Assembly (NCBI GenBank): GCA_963767735.1
Contig: CAVYES010000008.1
Location: 1-64,000, forward strand
Length of the DNA: 64,000 nucleotides
Source of the DNA: Candidatus Bathyarchaeota archaeon
Lineage (GTDB): Archaea; Thermoproteota; Bathyarchaeia; Bathyarchaeales; Bathycorpusculaceae
Direction: 5' to 3'
Within the stretch, counting starts at the first letter, position 1; every line of letters starts with the position of its first letter. The notes under the pieces were generated by a model. The model ran no database searches. It saw only the letters and a list, made by a program, of their open reading frames with translations, and had not been told where the DNA came from. A program made the translations under genes and the position numbers. Below, one piece after another: positions 10,717-22,340 of this stretch.

Positions 10717-12132
10717 ATGTGTATCATAATGACGACAAATAAACCAAAGATTGCATTGGTTAATTCGCCACTCCTTCAAGGAGTCTCCCATCACCCAATG
10801 TTTCCGCCCCTTGGCTTGGCGTACATGGCGGCTGTACTGGAACAAAATGATTTTGAAGTAAAAATTTTTGATTGCCCAGTTTGCGAAATAAACCATGAAA
10901 AACTTAAGGCAGATTTGGAATCTTTCCAACCAACAATGATTGGAATCGGCTCATTTACTCCGACAATACAGTCAGCAATCAAATCTGCACATGTAGCAAA
11001 AGAAGCTTGTCCTGACGCCCAAGTTTTAATGGGAGGGCCCCACGCAACCTTTGCAGATAAACAAATCCTTACTGATGAAAAATCAGTCGACATTATCGTT
11101 AGGGGCGAAGGAGAAGAAACAATGTTAGAGTTGGCAAAGCAATCGCCCGAACTCCAGAAAATCAACGATATTAAAGGCATAACTTTCCGAAAGGATAATC
11201 AGATTATTCAGACACCTAACAGGGCTCGCATCCAAGACCTAGATGCACTGCCACGTCCAGCATACAAGTATCTTCCAGTTGAAAAATACAAGATTACCGG
11301 AAGGAAACTTCTTCCAATAATATCTAGTAGAGGCTGCCCCTTCCATTGCTCTTTCTGCGTTGCATCACAAATGTTTGGCGCAACAATCAGAGCAAGAAGC
11401 CCAAAAAACGTTCTAGATGAAATGGAATGGCTCAGAGACGAGTATGGAGCAGAAGGGATAGCGTTCCAAGATGACACTTTAACTGTCGATAAGAAAAGGG
11501 CAGTTGACATCTTCGACGGAATGATAGAGAGAAAAATAAATCTGCCATGGGGCTGCTTTTCCAGAGCAGACGTGGTTACAAAAGAAGTTTTAGCCAAGAT
11601 GAGTAAGGCGCACTGCAACGAGGTGGGCTTTGGAGTTGAGTCAGGCTGCCAAAAAATGCTCGACGCATTTCACAAGAAAGTTACAGTTGAACAGAGCGAA
11701 AACGCAATTAAATGGACCAAAGAAGCAGGCATATTTGTCGCTGCGTCGCTCATTATAGGGTATCCTGGCGAAACAAAGGAAACATTGCAGCAAACTCTTG
11801 ATTTAATCCGCAGAGTAGAACCTGACGACGTCTGGTTATGTCATGCCACACCTTATCTGGGAACTGAACTTCGCGATATAGTTGAGAGTAATGGGTGGAA
11901 AATGGTAGAGGACTGGACGCTATACAACACGATGAATCCAATCTTTGAAGACCCGCTTTTGCCAGCAAAAGAGATAGCTCAAATGAGGAAGACCTTCTAC
12001 AACAAGTTCTATGGACCAGGATATATTATGCGTCAAGCTGTCAAAGGATACTTGAAAGGCAACTTGTATAGCAAGATAATGACAAGAACAGCCGTAAACT
12101 ATAACCTCTGGCGAGTTAGATCCAGCCTCTAA
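10717..12132 (+). CDS. B12-binding-domain (class B) radical SAM protein
   Basis: PPLGLAYMAA, GGPHAT, SSRGCPFHCSFC (CxxxCxxC), GVESG, GYPGET. Confidence 0.93.
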   Translation: MCIIMTTNKPKIALVNSPLLQGVSHHPMFPPLGLAYMAAVLEQNDFEVKIFDCPVCEINHEKLKADLESFQPTMIGIGSFTPTIQSAIKSAHVAKEACPDAQVLMGGPHATFADKQILTDEKSVDIIVRGEGEETMLELAKQSPELQKINDIKGITFRKDNQIIQTPNRARIQDLDALPRPAYKYLPVEKYKITGRKLLPIISSRGCPFHCSFCVASQMFGATIRARSPKNVLDEMEWLRDEYGAEGIAFQDDTLTVDKKRAVDIFDGMIERKINLPWGCFSRADVVTKEVLAKMSKAHCNEVGFGVESGCQKMLDAFHKKVTVEQSENAIKWTKEAGIFVAASLIIGYPGETKETLQQTLDLIRRVEPDDVWLCHATPYLGTELRDIVESNGWKMVEDWTLYNTMNPIFEDPLLPAKEIAQMRKTFYNKFYGPGYIMRQAVKGYLKGNLYSKIMTRTAVNYNLWRVRSSL

Positions 12133-12543
12133 TTAGAAATTATTTAATTCAAACTCCATCCCTATTTTTTATTGACAAAGATTATCGCTTGGGAATCACC
12201 GCACTTACCAAACCTCGATACTTTCAAACCTCAACTGCACACAAAGTTTGTTTTAAAAAAACAGCCACTGTAGAGATACGCGTATTTTCAAAGCAAATCG
12301 CATCTGCCAAATTGTATCCTTTTTGATTAAGTTAACGGGCTAATAGATTTTCCCGTCCCAATTTGGCTCCGAGTTTTCGCTAGCAAAACTTGCTGACCCT
12401 TTCTGCCAGCTAAATGTGAGAGAAGTTTCGACAGTAACAGCAGGACTCTTATGCCAATATGGAGCAAAGCATGTAATTGAAACTGAAAATTAGGACCAGA
12501 AAGTGATTAAAAAAGAAAAGAAAGAAAAGAGATTGGCATTTTG

Positions 12544-13212
12544 TTAATGCCTCATTGGTTGAAGCCCATACCACGTCATTACTTTACCAATAACAGGAAC
12601 TATTACTCCTAAAGCAATGCTGGGGACGAATTGCAACACGAATCCATATAGTCCAGGTACTCCGAAGGTTTTGATCGCCCAATTTGCATGGTTCATCGAC
12701 ATCGCTGGCGAAAGTGAAAGACTATAGTTGAAATAAGCCTGAAGTGTCGCTGTTATAATCGCAGCTGTTAAGCCGGCGCCGAGCATTCGTTTGAAATTTG
12801 TAGATCTGTTGTTTAATGCTCCAGCCATATAGCCGATGACAATAGCGTTAACGAGATAGCCTAGCATGCTTAGATCGCCGAAAAAGTTGTAGTGTCCAGC
12901 AGTTTCATAGTAGCCTGTGTAGAGCCCTGCGCTTGCAATGTAATACATGCCGCCCATGATAAAGCCTGCTGCGCCACCAGCCCATTTATTCCACAATAAG
13001 CCTAGCACCAGTGGGATACCGAGAACGATCATTTGAGCAAAGCCAGAGGTTAGAATTACACCAATGGTGCCGAGTGTACCGGAAGTTCCGAGTACATGGT
13101 GAGGTCCGCTGACGTTAACATAGACTGCGAGTAAGTAGATAAGTAGCACTAAAACAAGTGGTATGATGACAGCATAGAATATATCAGATAGTTTAAATTT
13201 TTCTGTTTCCAA
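12544..13212 (-). CDS. Multi-pass membrane protein of unknown function (about 6 TM)
   Basis: 222-aa hydrophobic Gly-rich ORF; no family recognised. Confidence 0.75.
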   Translation of the reverse strand: METEKFKLSDIFYAVIIPLVLVLLIYLLAVYVNVSGPHHVLGTSGTLGTIGVILTSGFAQMIVLGIPLVLGLLWNKWAGGAAGFIMGGMYYIASAGLYTGYYETAGHYNFFGDLSMLGYLVNAIVIGYMAGALNNRSTNFKRMLGAGLTAAIITATLQAYFNYSLSLSPAMSMNHANWAIKTFGVPGLYGFVLQFVPSIALGVIVPVIGKVMTWYGLQPMRH

Positions 13213-13600
13213 TTTTTATCCCTTGACTTATTTTACGTGGGGGCGTGTTAATAAGCTTAATGCTTGCAAGCTTGATATGCAAAAGTTTTAACGACCAAAA
13301 TTTATAGCAACCGTTCATAGCCATTGCGTAAAAATCATTTTTTTAAGCATAAGTCTCTTTTAATTAAAGTGTTCGCGGGACAGCGATATTTTGGGCATTT
13401 TAAAAACTGAGAATTGAAATAGGTTGCGCGCCTTTCAATGTTGTTAGAGATTCAATGTTAGCTAGCAAAAAGTTATTAGTTAGCAAAAATTTAGAGCCGA
13501 AAAAGCGTTAAGAAAAAGAAGTCTTTGAAAAAAAATCTTTTCAATTGAATTTTTGTTAAAACCAAGAAATAAAGAAAAAGAAAGATAAAGGAACTGAAAT

Positions 13601-14965
13601 TTATTGTTGCTGTCGTAACATAGCTTTCGATCGAAGCACAGAGTTTCTCAGGTCAATTCTTGCCGGGCAAACGTAAGTACAGTGTCCGCAGCCAGTGCAA
13701 TAGTCCGCATGTAGCTTGATCATGGCGTCAATGTTCATTTTATCAAAAGCTTGTTTAATCAGTATTGGGCTGAGGTTGTGGCAGCATGCACGCATGCAAG
13801 AACCGCATCTCATGCATTGGTATTCTTTGACTTTTTCAGGGGCGAATGGTTGGCCTTTAGGCAGTTTAGGCTCTTTGCTTTCGGTGGTGGGTTTGAGCGT
13901 GCCAATTTTATCGAGCGCTGGTACAGTTAAGTTCATAATGAGTAGCGCTATAAAGGAGGCTCCGAAGAACTGCAAGTAGGTTATCATAAGTACGGTCAAT
14001 ATTGCAACGCCAGTTCCGAAAATTACCTGCCCTGTATAGGTCAGTGGGGTCGTTGCAGGATCTGTTGCCATGAAGAACGCTAAGAATATCGAGGCTCCGA
14101 TAAGCAGTAGGAACGTTAGTCGCACAAGGTAGTCTGTGTCGCCATAAGCAGCAGATAGAATCAGTGACATTACTGCAGTGACTACGAGGTAGCTGATAGT
14201 TATTCTCCATTTCACGTATTTGCGGGCTACAATAAAGAAGCCGATGCCAACGATGATAACTGCGAGAGCTGAGGCTCCGCCAGCCCAGTCGTGGAACTGC
14301 TCAAGAAACATGGCCATAAGCAAGTTGTTGTTCGTTACAGCGGGGACCGCATGATTGGCGTTTGAGAAGCAGCTGATCATATATGCACCAAATCCAGACA
14401 GACCATTGTGATTTACTGGATTTGCTAAGCCGATTGGACCCGCCAAAGAAGGCACACCAAGAGCAGAACTTTTCAAATGGTCAACTGCTATTAGCAACGA
14501 GTCGAGGAAAGGTATCATAACGACGAATTTTGCAGCTGCAGCAGGATTAACGTATTTTCTGCCAGAGACACCGACAAGTTTCTTGAAAACAACCAAGCCA
14601 ACGAGAGACATTGCGGCAACAAAAGCGAAACACTGAGGTGCCTCCAGTGGAAATAGCTCAACTGTACGCATAACGGGGACGCCAAGTGTGTAGCAGTCAG
14701 TGACGATTAAGCCGAAAACAGCGGCGGACATTAGGTTAAGTGGGCTATCGACGGCAACTTTGTGCAGAAACGCGTCAAGTCCTACGGCGATGCCCACAGA
14801 GATTAGGGCGCAGATGGCCACTGTAAGCCCCAAGTTCCAGCCTGAGGGGCTAGTTTCGGTTGACCAAATAGCAGCCGTGACTATAGTAAGTATGAGTACA
14901 GAAAGAAAAGTGTAAGTCATTAGTTTGTCTTTAGTCATCGATGAATATTCTTTTGGTTTAGACAT
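13601..14965 (-). CDS. RnfD/NqrB-family membrane protein fused to a C-terminal RnfC-like 2x[4Fe-4S] domain
   Basis: GRKYVNPAA, FFMATDPATTP, FIALLIMNLTVPALD; C-terminal CMRCGSCMRAC and CTGCGHCTYVCPARIDL. Confidence 0.85.
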   Translation of the reverse strand: MSKPKEYSSMTKDKLMTYTFLSVLILTIVTAAIWSTETSPSGWNLGLTVAICALISVGIAVGLDAFLHKVAVDSPLNLMSAAVFGLIVTDCYTLGVPVMRTVELFPLEAPQCFAFVAAMSLVGLVVFKKLVGVSGRKYVNPAAAAKFVVMIPFLDSLLIAVDHLKSSALGVPSLAGPIGLANPVNHNGLSGFGAYMISCFSNANHAVPAVTNNNLLMAMFLEQFHDWAGGASALAVIIVGIGFFIVARKYVKWRITISYLVVTAVMSLILSAAYGDTDYLVRLTFLLLIGASIFLAFFMATDPATTPLTYTGQVIFGTGVAILTVLMITYLQFFGASFIALLIMNLTVPALDKIGTLKPTTESKEPKLPKGQPFAPEKVKEYQCMRCGSCMRACCHNLSPILIKQAFDKMNIDAMIKLHADYCTGCGHCTYVCPARIDLRNSVLRSKAMLRQQQ

Positions 14966-15210
14966 TTTTTACTTTCTCCTTAAGTTCTACTTTCAATTTA
15001 GCGCGGGTTGGTTTTATAAGACTTTCCTAAAAGACTATGTATGTTTCTATATGTAAAAAGGAAAAATTGGAGTAAAAGTCAGCGTTTTCTTTGGCTGAGC
15101 AAAAATGGCTTACTTGATTACTTTCTGCAACTTCTGTCGCGAAATAGAAAGCCGCTTTTTAGGAGCAAGTTTTATATCGCATCAACTAATCTACTTTTAC
15201 TTCGTGATAT

Positions 15211-16293
15211 TTGATGGCTCCAAATAAGGCACCACTGTACATGGTGGTTTGGCGGTGTACAAGGAACTGTGTTGGCAATTGCATGTACTGCAGTTATACA
15301 AAAGACTATGCGGCAGACACTGAATTGGACACCAAAGGTGCCAAAAAAATGGTTGATGAAATTCATGACTTTGGTGCAGAATGGTTTGGCATTAGCGGCG
15401 GGGAACCTTTAGTTCGAAAAGATGTTTTTGATGTTATTGCCTATGCTGAAGAAAAGTACGACATGAAAGTTAGTCTCATCACAAGCGGGTTTGCGTTTGA
15501 TGAAGCACGGTTTGATAAGCTCAGAAAGTATAATGTTCACACTGCAATCAGCATTGATGGAAACAGGGAATCAAACGAAATTATTCGACGCAAAGGTAGC
15601 TATGACAAAGCGGTACATGCTATGAAGAAGCTCTCCGAAGTCGGATTGCTAGACTGCTTAGTCACAACCATGACTAAGTATAACATCAAGCACATGGCAC
15701 ATCCTGCAGCACTTGCAGAGGAATACAAAGCGCGTATGCTCGTCTACCATAACCTAGTTCCAGTCGGCAGAGCAGGAAGCAATATGCCTGATTTGGCACC
15801 GACACCTGAACAGTATGAGGAAGCTTTTAACGAAATATACGACATCCAAAGAAAACTTATGGGCAAAGTTAAAGTCAACGTTTACTCGCCTTTCTACGCC
15901 AGAATCGTCCGTCAGAAAAACCCAGTTGACTTCTGGGACTGGTATCATGAGGGCTATCTTGGCAGATGCACCATCGGCGGCAACTATGTGGGCATAACAG
16001 AAAACGGAGACTACCGAAGCTGCGGTTTCCACGAAGGCTACCGCTTAGGCAACATCAAAGAAAAGAAATTAACCAAGGTTTGGGATGACCTTCAACACAG
16101 CGAACTGCACCTGAAGTTGCGTGACAAGAGCAACATAAAGGGCAGATGCGGAGTTTGCGAGTATCGAGAAATCTGCGGTGGATGCAGAACACGCGCCGAA
16201 TTCTACACTGGTGACTTGTTCGAGTCAGACCCAGCCTGCAACTACGTACCAAAGTTGCTTCGGGAAGACCCAAAAGCCCTCAAAAAACAATAA
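15211..16293 (+). CDS. Radical SAM protein with SPASM domain (AhbC/AhbD/NirJ-like)
   Basis: CVGNCMYC, SGGEPL, SIDG, VPVGRA, C..G...GD..SC, CGVCEYREICGGCRTRA...DPAC. Confidence 0.88.
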   Translation: MMAPNKAPLYMVVWRCTRNCVGNCMYCSYTKDYAADTELDTKGAKKMVDEIHDFGAEWFGISGGEPLVRKDVFDVIAYAEEKYDMKVSLITSGFAFDEARFDKLRKYNVHTAISIDGNRESNEIIRRKGSYDKAVHAMKKLSEVGLLDCLVTTMTKYNIKHMAHPAALAEEYKARMLVYHNLVPVGRAGSNMPDLAPTPEQYEEAFNEIYDIQRKLMGKVKVNVYSPFYARIVRQKNPVDFWDWYHEGYLGRCTIGGNYVGITENGDYRSCGFHEGYRLGNIKEKKLTKVWDDLQHSELHLKLRDKSNIKGRCGVCEYREICGGCRTRAEFYTGDLFESDPACNYVPKLLREDPKALKKQ

Positions 16294-16441
16294 ACACGCG
16301 ATTTTTTTCTTCTTTCAATTCTGTGAACAATACTGAAGAAACTATCTGCAACTAAGAAAAAAGATATCAGTGCTGTTTTGAAATACATGGGATTCGTACA
16401 GAAAGTAGTTTCACCTGCTACCTTGACCGTCAATAGCTAGA

Positions 16442-17818
16442 TTAAAACCTCAAGAACCCAGCGCGCGGCGCGCGATTACAAAATTCAGCGCGAACACTTT
16501 TGATCGCAGGTTCTCGGCGTCTTTTTCTAAACTTTGAAGCTGTTACAACAACCGCAACTATAATGCATGCAACAGCCGCATAAAGGTAAACCGAAGTTGC
16601 GTAAAACAGCAAGGAATTGTCATTTTGAGGGTTAGGTGATGGCGTGGGTATAAGACTTGTGTTGTTCCAGTAGATTATCGAGTTGTATCCTGCAGATTCG
16701 AGCGTTTGTAATGGGTAAACTATGTCTAGGTAGGCGCCGTCCATTTGCAAGAGTGTGGCTACGCTCATGCTGATGTCAACGGTGAGATTATCTGCTGGCC
16801 ATAGCCCCCAGATTGTGTCATTTGGTCCGCGAAAGCCATAAGCATAATTTGCAGGAAGAACATAAGCGGTTCTATCGCTTACTGGAGTGATGATTCTGGG
16901 GTTGGCTTGAACATACTGCCAGAACTGCTTCATATAGGCAAGCTGGTTTAGTGTTAGGACGTTTTGAGTGTAGTTCGCGTTGCTATCAAAGACGATGATG
17001 TATTCTGCGCCGTTTTCATACGCCGAAATCATGTCGCTGTAGAGTTGTGTACCATTTTCCATGTAAGGCGGCTGACCGTAAGCCCAAGTTATCATGACGC
17101 CCCAGCTCTTGTTCTGAAGGGTAGCCGCTCCTCTGCAAAGAGCCATATTCAGTTGCTGGCTATCATTCGCCCAGCCGTTACGATAGCCAAACTCATCAAA
17201 AACCGTGTTATACCCCGCCTCATAATCGTACCAGTAAAACGCATAATCAGATGTGAACAATTGATATTCATTGGGGTAAGCAAAATTCTTGACAATAGCA
17301 TAATTTCCAGAGCGCAGCCACCAATTAAGCATGCCTACATAGCTTTCGTTCGCGTCACTGTAAGTATAGTTAGCCGCCTTTGTGACATTTGACTCTGGCA
17401 CAATTGGAAGGTCTGCCTGGTCTAGTTGTTTTCCGCCTTCTTCGTCATCATAATAAATTCCAAGAAAACTGTTGCCCCAATTGTTCTTGGCTTCTGCAAG
17501 CCATTGACTTGAGGGGTATCTGGGGTCATCTGAGTAAACTATGAAGCTCAATCCCTTGTCGTAAACGTACTGGCTGATTATGGTGAGTCTTGTTAGATTA
17601 TAGTTTCCAGTGCATCCTATTACAAAGAAATTCGTGTAAGAGCTAACATTATCGATTAATTGCTCTGTTACAGCTATGCTTCCGAAGGCGACATCTACGC
17701 CAAAGTATAAGCTGGGCGCAGTCTGCATGGTGACCGCTTTGGCTGTTAAGGTGCAGTTTAGGAAAAGCGGAAAACTTAGCAGAAAAATCAGTAGAATTGT
17801 CAGTAGCTTAAATTTCAT
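16442..17818 (-). CDS. Secreted, C-terminally anchored hypothetical protein (possible glycan-active barrel)
   Basis: Signal peptide; FLGIYYDDEEGG, FTSDY, WGVMITW; many NxS/T sites; C-terminal TM. Confidence 0.8.
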   Translation of the reverse strand: MKFKLLTILLIFLLSFPLFLNCTLTAKAVTMQTAPSLYFGVDVAFGSIAVTEQLIDNVSSYTNFFVIGCTGNYNLTRLTIISQYVYDKGLSFIVYSDDPRYPSSQWLAEAKNNWGNSFLGIYYDDEEGGKQLDQADLPIVPESNVTKAANYTYSDANESYVGMLNWWLRSGNYAIVKNFAYPNEYQLFTSDYAFYWYDYEAGYNTVFDEFGYRNGWANDSQQLNMALCRGAATLQNKSWGVMITWAYGQPPYMENGTQLYSDMISAYENGAEYIIVFDSNANYTQNVLTLNQLAYMKQFWQYVQANPRIITPVSDRTAYVLPANYAYGFRGPNDTIWGLWPADNLTVDISMSVATLLQMDGAYLDIVYPLQTLESAGYNSIIYWNNTSLIPTPSPNPQNDNSLLFYATSVYLYAAVACIIVAVVVTASKFRKRRREPAIKSVRAEFCNRAPRAGFLRF

Positions 17819-17995
17819 TTACTCTATACTGAAAATTCTATGAGCTAATAAGACTTTTCCAAAATTGTTACCTGAGAGATAAAATTGAATTTGAGCATTA
17901 TTTTTGAGAGGCCATTCTGAGCTTCGCCGTTTCTTACAATAGCACAGAGATGCCGAATGTTCCCCTACAAGTTGGAGCATAGCCGAGTCCGCCGC

Positions 17996-19005
17996 TTACG
18001 TGCCAATATTTGCTTTTTCAGGGTTCGCTTCCTGTCTGATAAGGTCTCTTAACTTAGTGATTAACGCTTTAAATTTGCCGTTTTTGATGCTCTTTTGATT
18101 GTATAGGACCGTTATTATTTCAAGTATGGTTAGTGAGGCTGATTGCATAAAGTGGAAGCCAATCATACAGGTACATCTGTGAGACTATTGAGGCATTAGT
18201 TTCTGCCTTCAAGAATGCAAAGCCTATACCGTAATAGAAAAAGAATGGGAGATTTGTAGCTGAAAGAAAAACAGCGGATCCCGCAATGAATGTCCATATC
18301 GAGTGTCTATTGTACCACAGTAGCAGGGGCACGGCAACAAGTGCGGCTCGTGGGTCGAAGGATCCGAACGCGAACAATAAAGCTGACAGCCATGGTTTTT
18401 TGGCGAACCCAAAATACAAAGCGCCAACCAATAGGACCGTTTGGAGGATGTGAGCGTTTGCTAAGAGATATCCACAGTAGTAACTTGGCGAGAAAGTCTG
18501 AATATGCAAGGCATAACATACGGGAATGAAGGGATTCAGCGGAAGAGTAACTTGCTGAAGGTGAAAAAAGCAACGGATCAACTAAAACAATTACTGCAAC
18601 TATAATGGCCAGAAAGAGATTTTTGTCTTTAACGAGCTGGTAGACAAAGAAAGCCAAAGCTAGAATTAAAAGAAATTGCATTATGTCAAAAGCGTTAAGC
18701 GCGTTCTGGTAGTTTAACATTAAAAATGGCGCAAAAAGGATCAAAAAGGAAGGAGTATACTTGAAAGGTTGCGCCTGTCCAATAATCCGATAGTCTCCCG
18801 GCTGAACGCTTCCGTTATAGATTTGGGTTGGATTATGAATTAATCGCCACGCCCCAACATAGTACGCAGAAAAATCTCTCGCGAGAGTAGGTGATTCCGG
18901 CTTAAACGTTTCAGGATACGCAAAACAAAAAATACTCAAGTTCAACAGTGCTGCTAAGAGAATAACTAAGATGATTGCCGTTTTTTTGGATAGCACTAGC
19001 TTCAT
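17996..19005 (-). CDS. GT87/DUF2029-like polyprenol-phosphate-sugar glycosyltransferase (GT-C), frameshifted
   Basis: RDFSAYY.GA...IY...FKYTP.FLILFAPF; multiple TM helices; pieces 18307..19005, 18120..18581 and a tail to TAA 17996. Confidence 0.75.
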
Positions 19006-19308
19006 TAGCTTTCTCCATATGATGCAGCGAAACCAATGGTGAGGAACTTGTTTTATGACGATTTATAGTTTGGGGTAAAAGCAACGATAAAATAAATTTT
19101 TGCAGATACGAATCGGTTATCTTAGGGGCACTACAATTAAGCATTTTATCAAAAGGGCATGAAGAACAAGCGGTTTTGAATTTAATGCATAGGCTTTTTC
19201 AGCTGAGCCCTAAGAAGTAGTTAGATAACACTTGCTTCGCTGATAGAAAGCTTTAATTACAAATAATTTCTGTTCGTTCTAATGCCTATTTAGGAGAAAA
19301 AAACTGGA

Positions 19309-19584
19309 ATGCCTACTTGTCCACATTGCGGCGCCACAGTTCCAGAAGGCGCAGTCGACTGCAGCACCTGTGGAGCAGCGATAAACTCCCCCGCAACATC
19401 GATATCTACCTCTCAACCAGATGTAACTTCACAAAGTTCACCTACTGGGCCAAACGCGTCAAGTAATGGCGACATGTCCGCGCGATTGGAAAAAGCGATG
19501 AGGCGAGCTGAATTGCTAGGTTATGCGGTAGCGGGTCTTGGAATAGCTATCCTTGTTGTTCTACTATTAATATCTCTATTGTAA
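19309..19584 (+). CDS. Zinc-ribbon protein with C-terminal TM
   Basis: CPHCG...CSTCG; terminal hydrophobic helix. Confidence 0.8.
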   Translation: MPTCPHCGATVPEGAVDCSTCGAAINSPATSISTSQPDVTSQSSPTGPNASSNGDMSARLEKAMRRAELLGYAVAGLGIAILVVLLLISLL

Positions 19585-19763
19585 GCATGGAGGAGAACGA
19601 AGAAAATAGCTCAGGGGCTTAAAGGAGGGTGATAAATAAATGGACGGCAATATTGAACGAACGGTTAAGAGAATAGAGCGATTGAATAAAATTCTTACTG
19701 CTGCACTTATCGTTGAGATTCTGATTCTGTTACTGTTTATTTAAGATCAAACTTTCATTGTTT

Positions 19764-19952
19764 TCATTTGTTTGTTAATAATAAATAATCTTTGATCATT
19801 TTGTCATGTTCAAACGCTAGCGGGTAAGGCAATTGTTTTAGGCTGAAAAGCGGGATTTCTTGGATTTCGCTCTCTTGCCTTTTTACTTCTCCACCAACGG
19901 CTTTAACAAGGAAACAGGTAGAATAATACACGTATTCCACACGCGCGCACAC
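19764..19952 (-). pseudogene. C-terminal remnant of a NUDIX hydrolase
   Basis: STCFLVK.VGGE.KRQESEI...LP.PLAFEHDKMIKDY resembles NUDIX C-termini; no Nudix box upstream. Confidence 0.55.
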
Positions 19953-20020
19953 ATACCTGCAAGATGCTGCTGAAAATAAAAACGTTTATTCTGGGCTTGA
20001 GGAAAAACACTTCTTTATTT

Positions 20021-22331
20021 TCAAGTTTGCGTTTGATTGTAATTGCTTAAGATTTTGAAGATGTCGTACCTGTCGTTTGAGTAAATTAGTTCTAAAAATG
20101 GGCAGCTGGCTATATTACTATTAAGTTGGTTTTTGTCATAAACGATGAATTCAATGTTATTTTCTGCGATGTAGTCTTTAAAGTCTGAGGTGGATACTGT
20201 AAATTGACTGGTTTTGAAATTGAAGAGGCTTTCCAGCTCGTTTGGCTGCAATGTTGGAAAACTGTTTTTTGAAAGGGCAAGAACTTGATACTGCCGTGTA
20301 ACTGTCTGGTTAACGTTGATTTCGTTGAATTGGTATTGAAACCGCACAGCATCTATTTGTCTATTTCCCAAGGCACCAACGTTTCCCCAATCGGGCAAAT
20401 CAGTAAAGTTAAAGGCGATATGCAAGTTGGTTTTTGTCATCATAGAGACCTATGTAATTATCCGTTAAGGTTGAATTTGTAAAACTAACAACCGCCCATT
20501 CGTTTCCGTCAGTGGTTTTTGAAGGTACATCCCACGGGTTAACCCAATTCATCAGTTGAGGTATCTGCGCCTCAGTAAAGTCAAATTGAAGATCAAAAGA
20601 AGTGGTTAGGTATAATGTTACATTTGAAATGTCGCTGCTTCAGCGGAGTCACAGCCCAAGAAACGTTGATTGGGTAACTGTCATTTTGAACAAGCATTGT
20701 CTGCGTTAATTCTACATAGTCATTGGAGTACAGGAACTCAACCTTTGCGGGGCAACTTTGTTCATCAAAAGATATCTCCATGCTTAAGTCAGAGAGGGGA
20801 AAGTTGTAATTCGTGCCATTTTGCGTGAATGAGATAAAATCGCCAGCGGTAGAAGAATACGATACTCGATACCAGATTTGATTTATGGAGACGTAATTTT
20901 CTTCGGCAATATCGCCATTTGCTTCGTAAGCCCTCAGCAAATTTTGCGGGTCCTGAATTGAGTACGATAGACTCAAAACGGACTGGGCAATTTCATTTGT
21001 TCCTTCGCCAGCGCTGGTTTGCTGAATTACGGTTTTGCCAGAAAAGATTGAAAACCAAAAGCCGGGAATTTGGGTATCCACTACTGTTGCGTCGCCGGGA
21101 TAGTTTTGTTCAAGCCACACTCCGGCATCATACGCTTTTATGTCGGTTGTCGAATAGAAAACGCTGGATTGCATGATTTTTCCATACACAACATTTGAAC
21201 GATAAACAAGCATTAAACACATTAATACAACTAAAGCAAACAGTAGCTATGGTTAACCAGTTTTTACGGAAACTTTTTTTGTTTTTGGCATAGTAAACTG
21301 TGAACTTTTCTTCTATAAAGACAAGGGAAACAGCCGCGAAAATTGCCATTGGAGGCGTCAAATAGTAAATAAACCATTGAAAGGGCATGTACAAACCAAA
21401 AATGTAAGATTCAGCGAAAAAAAGAGGAACAAAGAAAATAAGCATTAATATCGCATAAAAAATCAGCTTCTTTTGTCTTTTTAAAAGATAATATGAAATA
21501 AAAATGCCGCTTAAAGCAAAGAAAAATATGAAGCTGAAATTAGCCACGAAAGAATTAAAACTTGCTGCATGGAATCTGGGTAGCATAACTTTTTTCGGCA
21601 AAAAACACGTACTCGATGACAAGGCCAAGGTAAGGAAGCATAGCTTGGATATAATAGAGGAAGAACGCTATTCCTCCGCCTAATATTAACGCCACTACAA
21701 CTTTAAGGTAGGCACCTTTGGATTTTATTAGCATATAGAGCAGGATTGGAGGCAACATTATAACGGCAAGAAACGCAGCAAGCTGATGAGACAAAACAAC
21801 AGCAAAAGCCGCAAAAAAAGTGACTACAAGATACCCGAATTGCTCCATTGCTAAAGTTAAATAAAGAAATACCAAGAGAATAAACGTTATACCAAGCACT
21901 GTCGTATAGCCCCCCCACGCGTTGACCTCGTAGATAGGAAAACACATCAGCAACAAAACAGCGGCTACAGCGCCGATTTTTTTGTTAAAAAATTTTCTAC
22001 CAATCAAATAAACAGAGAGGAACAGCAGCCAATCAATTATTACCGCTAAAGCTTTTACTAAAAAAATCTGTTGCCCAATGCCAGTTGCACCACTAAAAGA
22101 AATAAGCATTGCAAGCAAAAGCTCGTAAAGCGGAGGGGTCCAGCCTAAGTTAACTAAAGGGATTTTTCCTGTTTGCAGGAAGATTTGGGCTTTTTCCAAA
22201 TGAACAGCAGGGTCATTTCCTAACACTACGCCATTCATTGATATGAGGGTGTAGAAAATGATGAAAATAAGCACAGAGAAAACAGTGATAAAGGCGATTT
22301 CAAGTTGTCTCTCTGTCAATTTACCCATCAA
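20021..22331 (-). CDS. Large GT-C-fold membrane glycosyltransferase-like protein (paralog 2), frameshifted into 4 ORFs
   Basis: GNDPAVH loop, many TM helices, WGGY, SHQ, then a soluble extracellular domain. Confidence 0.75.
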
Positions 22332-22340
22332 GGCGTCCAG

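Noticed and set aside
13434-13492. Short direct repeats TTCAATGTT x2 and TAGCAAAAA x2
   Set aside because: Only two copies each, AT-rich, and no convincing leader match.
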